Positions 41,459 through 50,008 of a stretch of DNA of 64,000 nt are shown one piece after another. The notes under the pieces were generated by a model. That model had not been told where the DNA came from. It worked only from the letters and a program-made list of their open reading frames with translations, and searched no databases. How positions within the stretch are numbered: the first letter of the stretch is position 1; each line of letters opens with the position of its first letter. The position numbers and the translations under genes were made by a program. This DNA comes from Dehalococcoidia bacterium (GTDB lineage: Bacteria > Chloroflexota > Dehalococcoidia > Plut-88900), in NCBI GenBank assembly GCA_965249275.1, contig CBDFLQ010000005.1, positions 576,001 through 640,000 on the forward strand. Direction: 5' to 3'.

Positions 41459-42568
41459 ATGGCCAGGAACGGTTTTAAGGTGATGGATTCGGACATGCAC
41501 GTCATCGAGCCTAGCGACCTGTGGCAGAACTATATCGATCCCAAGTTTCGGGACCGGGCCCCGAAGGGGTTCGATCGCTACCTGGGAGACATGCAAGTGC
41601 TGGTGGAGGGGCATCTCCATCCGGCAGACCCGGGCGACAGGGGAAACCAGATCATCGAGGAGAAGGACTTCCACCGGGTCTACGCCGACCCATACTCCAA
41701 CGGCTGGGACTCCGCCTCCCAGGTGAGAGCCATGGATGCCGAGGGGATAGACGTGGCTTTCCTCTATCCCAGCCGCGGCCTCTTTGCCCTGGCCCTCGAC
41801 ACCATGGACCCGGGGCTTGCCGACGCAATAGCCAGGGCCTATACCCGCTGGATGAGCGACTTCTGCGCCCCGGCCTCGCAGCGCATGTGGGGAGCGGCCA
41901 TGATATCCCCCTTCGACGTTGAGTCGGCGGTGGAAGAGGTGCGCCAGTGCGTAGACTCGTTAGGATTCAGAGCAGCGTTCATGCGCCCCAATGTGGTCAA
42001 CGGCCGCAACTGGCACGATCCCTACTACGATCCCCTCTGGCGGGAACTCGAGGCGCGGGACGTGACCATGGGATTCCACGAGGGCGCCACCACCGCTATG
42101 AACCAGATCGGCAACCGCTTCCCGGACTACTCCATGTACCACGTCTGCTGCCACCCGATGGAGATGATGATCAGCGTGGTGGACACCATAGGCGGCGGCG
42201 TGATGGAGCGGTTTCCCAACCTGAGGATAGGTTTCCTGGAGGGCAACTGTTCCTGGCTGCCGTGGCTTCTGTGGCGCATGGACGAGCACGACGAACTCAT
42301 GGGCATGAACCAGGGGACGGAGCTAACCATGACCCCTACGGAGTACTTCAAGCGGCAGGGGTTCGTCTCATTCGAGGCGGACGAGATCACGGGCCGATAT
42401 CTGTCTGAATTCGGTCTCGGGGACGTTGCGGTATTCTCCACCGACTATCCCCACAGCGACTCCAAGTACCCCCACGCCACGGAGGAGTTCCTGGAGATGC
42501 CCCTCAGCGAGGATATGAAAAAGGCCGTGCTATGGGACAACTGCGCCCGGCTCTACAACCTGAACTAA
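41459..42568 (+). CDS. Amidohydrolase_2 family protein
   Basis: DSDMHVIEP, MDAEGID, FHEG, LEGNCSWLP, STDYPHSD. Confidence 0.9.
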   Translation: MARNGFKVMDSDMHVIEPSDLWQNYIDPKFRDRAPKGFDRYLGDMQVLVEGHLHPADPGDRGNQIIEEKDFHRVYADPYSNGWDSASQVRAMDAEGIDVAFLYPSRGLFALALDTMDPGLADAIARAYTRWMSDFCAPASQRMWGAAMISPFDVESAVEEVRQCVDSLGFRAAFMRPNVVNGRNWHDPYYDPLWRELEARDVTMGFHEGATTAMNQIGNRFPDYSMYHVCCHPMEMMISVVDTIGGGVMERFPNLRIGFLEGNCSWLPWLLWRMDEHDELMGMNQGTELTMTPTEYFKRQGFVSFEADEITGRYLSEFGLGDVAVFSTDYPHSDSKYPHATEEFLEMPLSEDMKKAVLWDNCARLYNLN

Positions 42569-42596
42569 ACGTCTCCCACATCTCATTTAAGAGTGA

Positions 42597-42636
42597 ATAC
42601 CCTCGTACTGTCGGCTAGCCGACAGTACGAGGGTAT
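42597..42636. repeat. Perfect 40-bp palindrome (likely bidirectional terminator)
   Basis: ataccctcgtactgtcggct|agccgacagtacgagggtat between convergent genes. Confidence 0.85.
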
Positions 42637-42684
42637 CTCTTCAAGAGGGAAGACGGACGCTCTGGCGGGGAGCTATTGGAACCT

Positions 42685-43737
42685 CTATCCGGTAAGGGGG
42701 TGGGCCATGGGGAGGTTGGGGTGGACTTCCAAGTCCCAGCCGGAGCGTTCGCCGGAGAGCAGGCGGCGGTAGGCGCAGGCGGCGATCATCGCCGCGTTGT
42801 CGGTGCAGAAGATGGGCGGCGGGCAACTCGTATCCACGGGGCTCCCTTCGATCATGGCTGAACGAAGGGCGCCGTTGGCGGCAACCCCTCCCGAGAGGAG
42901 GACACGGCGTACGCCTTCTCGTTTGGCCGCACGGGCTGTCTTCTCTACCAGCACGTCCACCACGGCCTCCTGAAACCCGGCGGCGACGTCGGCTAGCAGG
43001 GGGTCGGGATCGGTTGCATCCACACGGTCGTCGATGCTGTCCACGGCCAGGCCCATCTCCCTGGAGGCCCGTATCACTGCCGTCTTGAGGCCGCTGAAGG
43101 AAAAGTCGTCACTTCCCTTGAGCCAGGCCCTTGGGAAATTCTTGGGTTGACTGCCCTTGCGAGCAACCCGCTCGACGACGGGTCCGCCGGGGTACCCGAG
43201 GCCAAGGACCCGTGCAACCTTGTCAAAAGACTCGCCGGCGGCGTCGTCCCGGGTGCGGCCCAGGAGCAGGTAGTCGCCGTGGTCCCGCATCAAGACGAGG
43301 TCGGTGTGGCCGCCGGAGGCGATGAGGCAGAGGCAGGGAAGCTCGGGGCCCGCGTCCTTCGGGCCTTCCTTGACCAGCCAGTTGGCGTAGACATGACCCT
43401 CCAGGTGATTGACTCCAAGCAGGGGCAGTCCGTGGGCCAGCGCGAGGGCCTTGGCCATGCTCACGCCGATGAGCAGAGAGCCCGCTAGTCCCGGGCCCTT
43501 GGTCACGGCTATTGCGTCGACGTCGTCCCAGCCGATCTCCGCCTGTTCGAGGGCCAAGTCGACTACCGGTACTATTTGAAGCATGTGCTGTCGTGAGGCG
43601 ACCTCCGGTACTACGCCACCGTACCGGGCGTGGATGTCCACCTGGGTTGATATGACGTTGGAGAGGACGAGGGCGCCGTCCTCAACGACGGCGGCTGCGG
43701 TCTCATCGCAGGAGGTCTCTATGCCGAGTACTAGCAT
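42685..43737 (-). CDS. tsaD: tRNA threonylcarbamoyladenosine biosynthesis protein
   Basis: [49 protein letters not shown]. Confidence 0.96.
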   Translation of the reverse strand: MLVLGIETSCDETAAAVVEDGALVLSNVISTQVDIHARYGGVVPEVASRQHMLQIVPVVDLALEQAEIGWDDVDAIAVTKGPGLAGSLLIGVSMAKALALAHGLPLLGVNHLEGHVYANWLVKEGPKDAGPELPCLCLIASGGHTDLVLMRDHGDYLLLGRTRDDAAGESFDKVARVLGLGYPGGPVVERVARKGSQPKNFPRAWLKGSDDFSFSGLKTAVIRASREMGLAVDSIDDRVDATDPDPLLADVAAGFQEAVVDVLVEKTARAAKREGVRRVLLSGGVAANGALRSAMIEGSPVDTSCPPPIFCTDNAAMIAACAYRRLLSGERSGWDLEVHPNLPMAHPLTG

Positions 43738-43763
43738 GACTGGGGTATTATACCGCCTGCCGG

Positions 43764-45074
43764 TCAAGACGCGGCGGTCAGGGCCACGTGCCTCGGGACA
43801 GCCCGGCCCAGGGGACATTCGGCACACCAGCCATGACGGCATGGCCCCTCTATGAGATGAACGAGGCCCTGCTCCCTGCGGGCCGTCATTGGCACCCCGA
43901 AGGGTCTTCCGATGCCCAGTTGCGCGGACATGTCCTTCAGTTTCCGGTTGCCGGGCCCAGGGGGCGCCAGTTCGAAGAGGAACGATGCCGTTCCTGCCAG
44001 GGCCTCGTCACTCCGTTCGAGCCCGAAGGCGCGGAAGAAGGGGAGAACGACGTTCACAACCATCTCACGGGCGCGCTCGCTGCCTATGGCGGGTGGGGCG
44101 GCGGTCAGGTCTATAAGCAAGCCGGGGTCTTCGTGATGGGCGGCTATGAGAAGCGCTCTTTCGAACCCTTCCACCAGCCCTTCGTCCATGAATCGGGCCA
44201 GCGCATCCCCCGCGCCCAGAATCCTGCGGGAGGGGTGGTTCGCCGGTCTCACGCCGGCAAGCCGCCAGTCCGAGGGCCGCATCTCCCTGGTAAGCAGGCA
44301 CCGGCGCCATATATCTTCAATGTCGGACCCCGCGTCCTGAAGCAGGCCCGCCGTTCCCAGGAGCCAGGCAGCTATGGCCCGAGGTCGCTCCTCATGCGGG
44401 GTTGATGCGGCCAAGGCTTCAACCGTGGACCACGGGAACAGCCGGGCTAGGGCTAGAAAGGGCGCCCGGTTCTTGCTGTAGCCCAGGGCCCGCATCATGC
44501 CCTGGTAGAGGACCTCCGACGGCGGCCAGACGGCCATCTCTCCCTGGAAACGGACGGCCTTGGCTGCGAAGCGTTCGTCTCCCGCCTCGTCCAGGAGCCG
44601 AGCCACCTGCTCGGCGCCCAGCGCCGAGGCTATCTCATCACACCCTTTCAAAGGTGGATTCCCCGTGACTCCATCCCCGGAGTCCGCCTCTGCGGACGTC
44701 TGCAGGCAGCCCTTAAGGGGGGCTGTGGGGACGTGCTCGCCGTCCTCCCGTTCAGTCCAGAGGGAGTCGGCGTCCCAGACCACGTGGAGGACGACGCCGT
44801 TGTAGGCCGGGTCCCGGTGATGGCCATGGGACATCCAGTCCCGGGCGCGAACGTGGATTTCCATGTCTCCCCGGAGCAGACCGCGTCCCTCAACGTCGAC
44901 CGAGGCATCCAGGAAGTCGGGGCCCGCGCCGCCGTTGCGCCGGCCGGGGAAGACGACCTGGGTCCGCGCACCGTCGACGGTGCGGAGCTTTCTCGGGTCG
45001 TAACCGCGCCGGGCCCACACGCCGTATAGAAACTCCTCATCCGGCGGTCTGTGTATGGTGAGGTCACTCTTCAC
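43764..45074 (-). CDS. DUF2851 family protein
   Basis: PG..N...GPDF..A......GD.EIH....DW..HGH..DPAY..V.LHVVW, RP.N.P..R, C-terminal C-x4-C-x2-C; GTG start overlaps upstream stop (GTGA). Confidence 0.85.
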   Translation of the reverse strand: MKSDLTIHRPPDEEFLYGVWARRGYDPRKLRTVDGARTQVVFPGRRNGGAGPDFLDASVDVEGRGLLRGDMEIHVRARDWMSHGHHRDPAYNGVVLHVVWDADSLWTEREDGEHVPTAPLKGCLQTSAEADSGDGVTGNPPLKGCDEIASALGAEQVARLLDEAGDERFAAKAVRFQGEMAVWPPSEVLYQGMMRALGYSKNRAPFLALARLFPWSTVEALAASTPHEERPRAIAAWLLGTAGLLQDAGSDIEDIWRRCLLTREMRPSDWRLAGVRPANHPSRRILGAGDALARFMDEGLVEGFERALLIAAHHEDPGLLIDLTAAPPAIGSERAREMVVNVVLPFFRAFGLERSDEALAGTASFLFELAPPGPGNRKLKDMSAQLGIGRPFGVPMTARREQGLVHLIEGPCRHGWCAECPLGRAVPRHVALTAAS

Positions 45075-45328
45075 TTGGAGTCTTCGCCCTCCTGGCGACC
45101 CTCGCCGCGGTCTGTGTTGTAGGCGGGGCCGCTTTCCTCGGAGACCATGCGGAGAAGGGTGATGGAAGCGCCCCTCGGAGCGTAGATCCCGGTCTCCCAC
45201 TCGCTGATGGTCTGCTGCCGGACGCCGAGGCGCCGGGCCATCTGCTGCTGGGTCAACCTCATGCGGCTCCTGAGCTCCCTTACGGCGTCGGCGTCCCAGT
45301 TTCGGGAGTAGGGATTTTCTTCGGTCAT
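45071..45328 (-). CDS. XRE-family HTH protein
   Basis: VRELR..M.LTQQQMA..LGVRQQTISEWETG...P; ATG 6 nt after TATACT. Confidence 0.88.
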   Translation of the reverse strand: MTEENPYSRNWDADAVRELRSRMRLTQQQMARRLGVRQQTISEWETGIYAPRGASITLLRMVSEESGPAYNTDRGEGRQEGEDSK

Positions 45329-45359
45329 TGCTTGAGTATACACGGAAACGTGTAAAGCG

Positions 45360-45528
45360 GCGCTCGACTAATGGCAAGCAGGTGAGAACCCTCGTCTGAA
45401 ATCGGCTGCAGCATTGGAACGGGGAAACCACTTCAAAAGGAGGAGTCGGAAGACGACGTTTAACGGTAAGGCGGTCCAAAGTTGCTCTGACCTCAGCTGC
45501 CATACGGCGGTTGATCAGAGGCGAGCGT
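45360..45528 (+). ncRNA. Candidate structured RNA of unknown class
   Basis: Closing stem, several helices whose wobble pairs are G-U only on the + strand, GNRA-type loops. Confidence 0.35.
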
Positions 45529-45627
45529 TTGACTTGATTTCCGTAACGTGTATAGTATCTTCATCGTACCCAATGGGCGCCAAGGGTGGCGGGGGCCCAC
45601 TTGAAGCTAGAAGAAACACGGTCCGAA

Positions 45628-46242
45628 ATGCAGCATACGCGAAGGCAGATACTCGACTGCATCAAGCTCAATGGCGGCATGAGTGTCGACCAGCTGGGCC
45701 GAAAGCTGCAAATCATGTCCGTCACCGTCAGGGCCCACATCAACGTCATGGAGCGCGGCAACCTGGTCAAGGGCCGGGAGTTGCGTACGGGCCGGGCGGG
45801 TCGCCCACGCATCGTCTACTCCCTCACCGATCAGGCGCAGGAACTCTTCCCGAAGGACTACGACCACCTGGCCGTCAGCCTGATCAGCAATATGCGCAAG
45901 CTTTACGGCAATGACTCCGTGAAAGAGGTGCTGAAGCTGGTTGGGGAGGAGATCGCCGCGTCCAACGCCGATGAGGTGCAGTCGGAAGATCTGGGCGACC
46001 GGATCAAGGGTGCGACCCGGATAATGAACAAGATCGGGTCCCTGGCCACGTGGGAGAAGGGCGAGAACGGGTTCATGGTCACCGCGCACAATTGCCCCTA
46101 TCTGCAAGTGGCAAACGAGTGCGCGGACATATGCGACATGGAGGTCTCTTTCCTGGAGGAAGTCCTGTCACGGGACGTGATGCTTGAATGCTCGGTCGTG
46201 GGTGGGGCTCACAACTGCCAGTTCTTTATCGCAGAACCCTAA
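45628..46242 (+). CDS. SufR-like/ArsR-fold winged-helix regulator
   Basis: TR.QIL, VR.H, GRP...Y.LT, FP..Y, HNCPY...C..E...C...C. Confidence 0.8.
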   Translation: MQHTRRQILDCIKLNGGMSVDQLGRKLQIMSVTVRAHINVMERGNLVKGRELRTGRAGRPRIVYSLTDQAQELFPKDYDHLAVSLISNMRKLYGNDSVKEVLKLVGEEIAASNADEVQSEDLGDRIKGATRIMNKIGSLATWEKGENGFMVTAHNCPYLQVANECADICDMEVSFLEEVLSRDVMLECSVVGGAHNCQFFIAEP

Positions 46243-46361
46243 CAAGAATATATCCGGCTTAGATTGGGACGGACGTTTTGAAGCCCCTACCGGCAGGGGC
46301 TTTTCCTATGACTCCCGCACAACGACACGAAGGCTACCGACTGTAGGAAGAGGATACCCAG

Positions 46362-46673
46362 ATGGCTGAATTTGTGACCGTTGCAAAGACCTCGGAAATC
46401 GAGCCGGGGCAGATGATCCTCGTGGAGGTTGACGACGAGGACGTGGCGGTAGCCAACGTAAACGGCGAGTATTACGCTTTCGGGGCGGAGTGCCCTCACG
46501 CAGGTGGTCCATTGGACGAAGGTGACGTAGAAGGCAACATTGTGGTCTGCCCGTGGCACGGTGCGGAGTTCGACATGACTACGGGAGAGGCGCTTACCAT
46601 GCCTGCCTCGGATAGCATCGCCACCTACAAGGTCAGGGTAGACGGCGAAGAGATCCAGCTATCGTCGGGATAG
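46362..46673 (+). CDS. Rieske [2Fe-2S] ferredoxin
   Basis: CPH...L..G...CPWHG..FD..TG. Confidence 0.93.
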   Translation: MAEFVTVAKTSEIEPGQMILVEVDDEDVAVANVNGEYYAFGAECPHAGGPLDEGDVEGNIVVCPWHGAEFDMTTGEALTMPASDSIATYKVRVDGEEIQLSSG

Positions 46674-46710
46674 CCCGCTCGGAGCGCTGGCGGCTTCTTC
46701 GTGCCCGATC

Positions 46711-48078
46711 CTAGCCCAAAGTATTGAGCAGTATGCCTGCCAGTCCCAGGAACAGCAGGAAGCCGCAGATGTCGGTTATCGTAGTTACGAAGACCATTGA
46801 GGCTACGGCTGGGTCTACCTTGAAGAGCTTAAGGCCAAGAGGCACGGCTACACCACTGACCCCGGCCATCACCATAGTTCCCAGCATGGCAATGCCCAAA
46901 GCCAAACCCAGGACGATACTGTCCTTCCACAAGTAGGACACGACCCCAACCATCACACCGAGCACCAGGCCGTTGGTCAGCCCCAGGACGAACTCCTTGA
47001 CGAGCGCCCTTCTGGAGTCTCGGAAGCTGATGTCGCCCAGGGCGAAACCCCTGACCATAAGCGTGATGGTCTGAGCACCCCCCACACCCCCCTGGCTCGC
47101 CACGACGGGGATAAAGGCGGCCAGTATCACCATCCTGGCTATGGTTGATTCGAAGAGGCTGATCACCACTGCGCCGATTCCGATGGTGACCAGATTCAGC
47201 ACGAGCCAAGGAAGACGGTTCCTGAGGGAAGCCGAGATGGGGGTCGCTAGCCGCTCTGGCTGGGAAAGGGCTGCCAGCCTGTACATGTCCTTGGTAACCT
47301 TCTCCTCCATCGCGTCCACGGCCTGGTTCATCGAGATGGCTCCGAGGAGTGTGCCGTGTTCGTCGGTCACGGGAATGCTGGACAGTTTGTGCCGGAGCAT
47401 CAGTTGAGCGCATTCCTCCTGGCGGGTGCCGGGCGCCACGTAGATGAGCCGTGAGTCCATCATGTTTCGCATGGGAGAGTCGGGTTCGGCCATGATGAGG
47501 TCTCTCATGGCGGCCGCACCCTTGAGACGGTCCCACATGTCGACGATGTAGACCCGGTCGGTAGTGTCAATGGAAGGGCCGCTCTTTCGGAGCCAGGCCA
47601 TGGCCTCGGAGACAGTCATCCACTCCTTGAAGGCGATGAACTCGGGGGTCATGAGCGCCCCTGCGGTGCTTTCGGACTGTTCTATTAGGGGTACGAGAGC
47701 CTCGGGGTTGGAGACGGCGTCCAGTACCCTGCCGGCAAGGGGGACGGGAAATTCCCGGATTATCTGGGCGGCAGCGGCAGTGCCTGCGTGGTCGAGCCAA
47801 AGGGCGACCAGAATGGGGTCCGCTCCCCGTATGATTTCCATAGCGTCACTCACTTCCAGGACGGACAGGACGCGGCCTGCAGCCTCATGGGTGAGGCCCG
47901 AGAAGAGGAGCTGCCTGGACCTGGTGTCGATCTGGAAGAGGACTGACGCCCTCTCGGGTGGCTGAAGCGCCTCCAGGGCAATTACCGCCTGATGCAGGTC
48001 TCCCCTGTGAAGGTGTGACCTTATCTCCTGGACGGGTGGCGGAGGGGGGCTAATCTGTTGGTTTATCTGATCTAGCAT
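46711..48078 (-). CDS. mgtE: Magnesium transporter
   Basis: TAG.LMT CBS pair, RLPWL, DPA.AS..FVTTITD; GGVGG in place of the usual GGN.G. Confidence 0.9.
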   Translation of the reverse strand: MLDQINQQISPPPPPVQEIRSHLHRGDLHQAVIALEALQPPERASVLFQIDTRSRQLLFSGLTHEAAGRVLSVLEVSDAMEIIRGADPILVALWLDHAGTAAAAQIIREFPVPLAGRVLDAVSNPEALVPLIEQSESTAGALMTPEFIAFKEWMTVSEAMAWLRKSGPSIDTTDRVYIVDMWDRLKGAAAMRDLIMAEPDSPMRNMMDSRLIYVAPGTRQEECAQLMLRHKLSSIPVTDEHGTLLGAISMNQAVDAMEEKVTKDMYRLAALSQPERLATPISASLRNRLPWLVLNLVTIGIGAVVISLFESTIARMVILAAFIPVVASQGGVGGAQTITLMVRGFALGDISFRDSRRALVKEFVLGLTNGLVLGVMVGVVSYLWKDSIVLGLALGIAMLGTMVMAGVSGVAVPLGLKLFKVDPAVASMVFVTTITDICGFLLFLGLAGILLNTLG

Positions 48079-48097
48079 GGGCCAGGGGTAGAGCCCC

Positions 48098-48288
48098 AAA
48101 AAACAAAGAGGCAGTCACGTAGACCGCCACCTACTTTGCGAAATTGGATTTGACCTTCAGTCCCGTTGGCCCCTGGCCCTTAAGGCACCCTCCCCAGCGG
48201 GACTGCTGAAATGTATTATTTGGGTTGTTCTACACCCTCCGATATTGGATTCTCCTCTGATTTTGACATAAAGAATACGGGTTAGCAA
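48098..48288 (-). promoter_or_regulatory. mgtE promoter and leader with an intrinsic terminator (attenuator candidate)
   Basis: TTGCTA-17-CAAAAT; hairpin GGCGGUC-UACGU-GACUGCC plus UCUUUGUUUUUU just before the start codon. Confidence 0.6.
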
Positions 48289-48368
48289 GCGGGTTCACAA
48301 CGAGAATTCTGCCGATTTCTCCGGTGTTGCACCATCGGTGATTGGAGATTGTTAACCGGAGAAAATCG

Positions 48369-48402
48369 AGGGGCCCCCGGCATTGCCGGGGGCCCCTTCT
48401 TT
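48369..48402. terminator. Terminator hairpin downstream of SBP gene
   Basis: ggggcccccggca-t-tgccgggggcccc. Confidence 0.75.
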
Positions 48403-48424
48403 CGCTATCCAGGTGAAACGGGGT

Positions 48425-49831
48425 CTAGTTCGTAAGGGACTGCTGCCAGCCGACCCACTGTTCGCCCATGACACTGCCTACCTGACCATCATGGTTTTCG
48501 TCTTCGACGAGGGCGTAGGCCACGTTGCCCGCCGAAGTGGGAAGGTGGTCTCTCACGTCGTCGAAATCCGGGCCGTTGAGGATGGGAACGGAGGCCAGGT
48601 TCATTGGGCCGTAGCTGATGTACTTGGAAATCTCAGCGTTCCTCTCGGGGAATGAGGTCCAGGCCATGAAGAGCTGGGCCAGTTCAAACACGTCGGCGTC
48701 CTGGTCTTTCAGGCCTCTGGGTATTGCCCAGGAGTCAGTGTTTATCATGTGCCCGCAGGTCCAGCAGATTGCAACCGGCTCACCCTGGGACGAGGCGTCG
48801 TAGATACGTCCATTCCAGGCCGTGCAGAGGTCGATCTCCCGGGATATCAGGTTGGCCGGGCAGTCTACACCCGAGCTCCACCAAACCTTGATCTCGGATC
48901 CGATCTCGTCCATGACCTCGTATGCCTCTTCAATCTGCTCGTCGGACAGCCGTGTGAGGGAGGCTCGGCCCTCGGTGGTCTCCAGAAGCTCCGGGTACCT
49001 GGAGAGAAGGGCGAATCTAAGACTGGTCTTCCAGCTCCACTCCGGGGCGGCAAGGGAGCGTGCGCCCGGGAAGCCTTCGAAATCGAACACGTCGGCCATG
49101 GTCTGGGGATGCCGCCCACCCCATTTCTCGTCCACGGACTCCAGGCTGTAGGCGACCACGTTGGACCAGGTAATGCCTCCACCGCCGAAGTAGTCGGATA
49201 TACCGGCTTCCAGGAAGTCCCTGGTATCGACAATGCTGAAGTCCAGCGGTTCCAGGTAGCCATCGGTAGCGGCTTGCCAGGCGGCCTGTCCGCCGTAGTC
49301 CAGCACGTGCCATTGGAGGTTGCTGGTCTCTACCTGGGCTCTGACCTTGGCGTAGTTCATTGTGTCGGTAATGATTTCCACACCGAACTGGTCCTGGAAG
49401 GGGACAAAGTAAGCCTGACGCTGGGCCGCTTCGTAGGCGCCGCCCCAGGTGGAGAATACCAGGGACTCACCGCGGTGGGACTGAAGGGCAGCCTCTATCT
49501 CTTCCAAGGTTGCCGGGTTTTCCACCGTCCACTCGGCCATGGCTCGGGGGCCGGGAGGCTCTGGCATTGCCGTGGCGTCTGGCATTACCGTGGCGTCTGG
49601 CATTGCCGTGGCGTCCGGCATTGCCGTGGCGTCCGGCATTGCCGTGGCGTCTGGCATTGCCGTAGCCTCTGGCATCGCTGTAGCCTCTGGCATCGCGGTC
49701 GGCTCTGGGGTTGCCGTCGCAGTCGCGCCACAGGCCACCGCCACGAGCAATGCAACCAGAGCAAGTCCCAACACGGCAAGCGTCAGCTTTCCGCGGCCGG
49801 GTCTGCTATATGTTTGTTTTACTAGCTTCAT
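48425..49831 (-). CDS. Lipoprotein substrate-binding protein, polyamine/PotD-like family
   Basis: Lipobox AVAC, WGGAY..AQR.AY, FPGAR, WNGRI, ISYGP.N; paralog of 17387..18763; AAGGAGG RBS. Confidence 0.85.
   Translation of the reverse strand: MKLVKQTYSRPGRGKLTLAVLGLALVALLVAVACGATATATPEPTAMPEATAMPEATAMPDATAMPDATAMPDATAMPDATVMPDATAMPEPPGPRAMAEWTVENPATLEEIEAALQSHRGESLVFSTWGGAYEAAQRQAYFVPFQDQFGVEIITDTMNYAKVRAQVETSNLQWHVLDYGGQAAWQAATDGYLEPLDFSIVDTRDFLEAGISDYFGGGGITWSNVVAYSLESVDEKWGGRHPQTMADVFDFEGFPGARSLAAPEWSWKTSLRFALLSRYPELLETTEGRASLTRLSDEQIEEAYEVMDEIGSEIKVWWSSGVDCPANLISREIDLCTAWNGRIYDASSQGEPVAICWTCGHMINTDSWAIPRGLKDQDADVFELAQLFMAWTSFPERNAEISKYISYGPMNLASVPILNGPDFDDVRDHLPTSAGNVAYALVEDENHDGQVGSVMGEQWVGWQQSLTN
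49560..49703 (-). repeat. 18-bp coding tandem repeat x8 encoding P(D/E)ATAM
   Basis: Unit tctggcattgccgtggcg (+ strand) at 49560, 49578 ... 49686. Confidence 0.92.
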
Positions 49832-49957
49832 ACAAGGTCCTCCTTGATACTGGTTGGACTCAGATGAACTCCGATAGGGACTGAGTATGCACGAGCCCTG
49901 CGACAGGGCCTCTGCCACCTCGGCGATGTACCGCCGCAAGGCCCGCTGGATGGAATT

Positions 49958-49986
49958 AGGATAGTGGCGAGGAATAAAGCTGTCAA
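49958..49986 (-). promoter_or_regulatory. Sigma70 promoter of SBP gene
   Basis: TTGACA-17-TATCCT. Confidence 0.65.
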
Positions 49987-50008
49987 GCTGGGCGCGTCAC
50001 ACCCCAGC

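Noticed and set aside
45075-45503. N-terminal extension of DUF2851 in the ORF track (579 aa)
   Set aside because: Overlaps the XRE gene and intergenic region; family similarity begins only after the GTG at 45074
49560-49703. Possible CRISPR array
   Set aside because: Contiguous 18-bp in-frame coding repeats with no spacers and no cas genes
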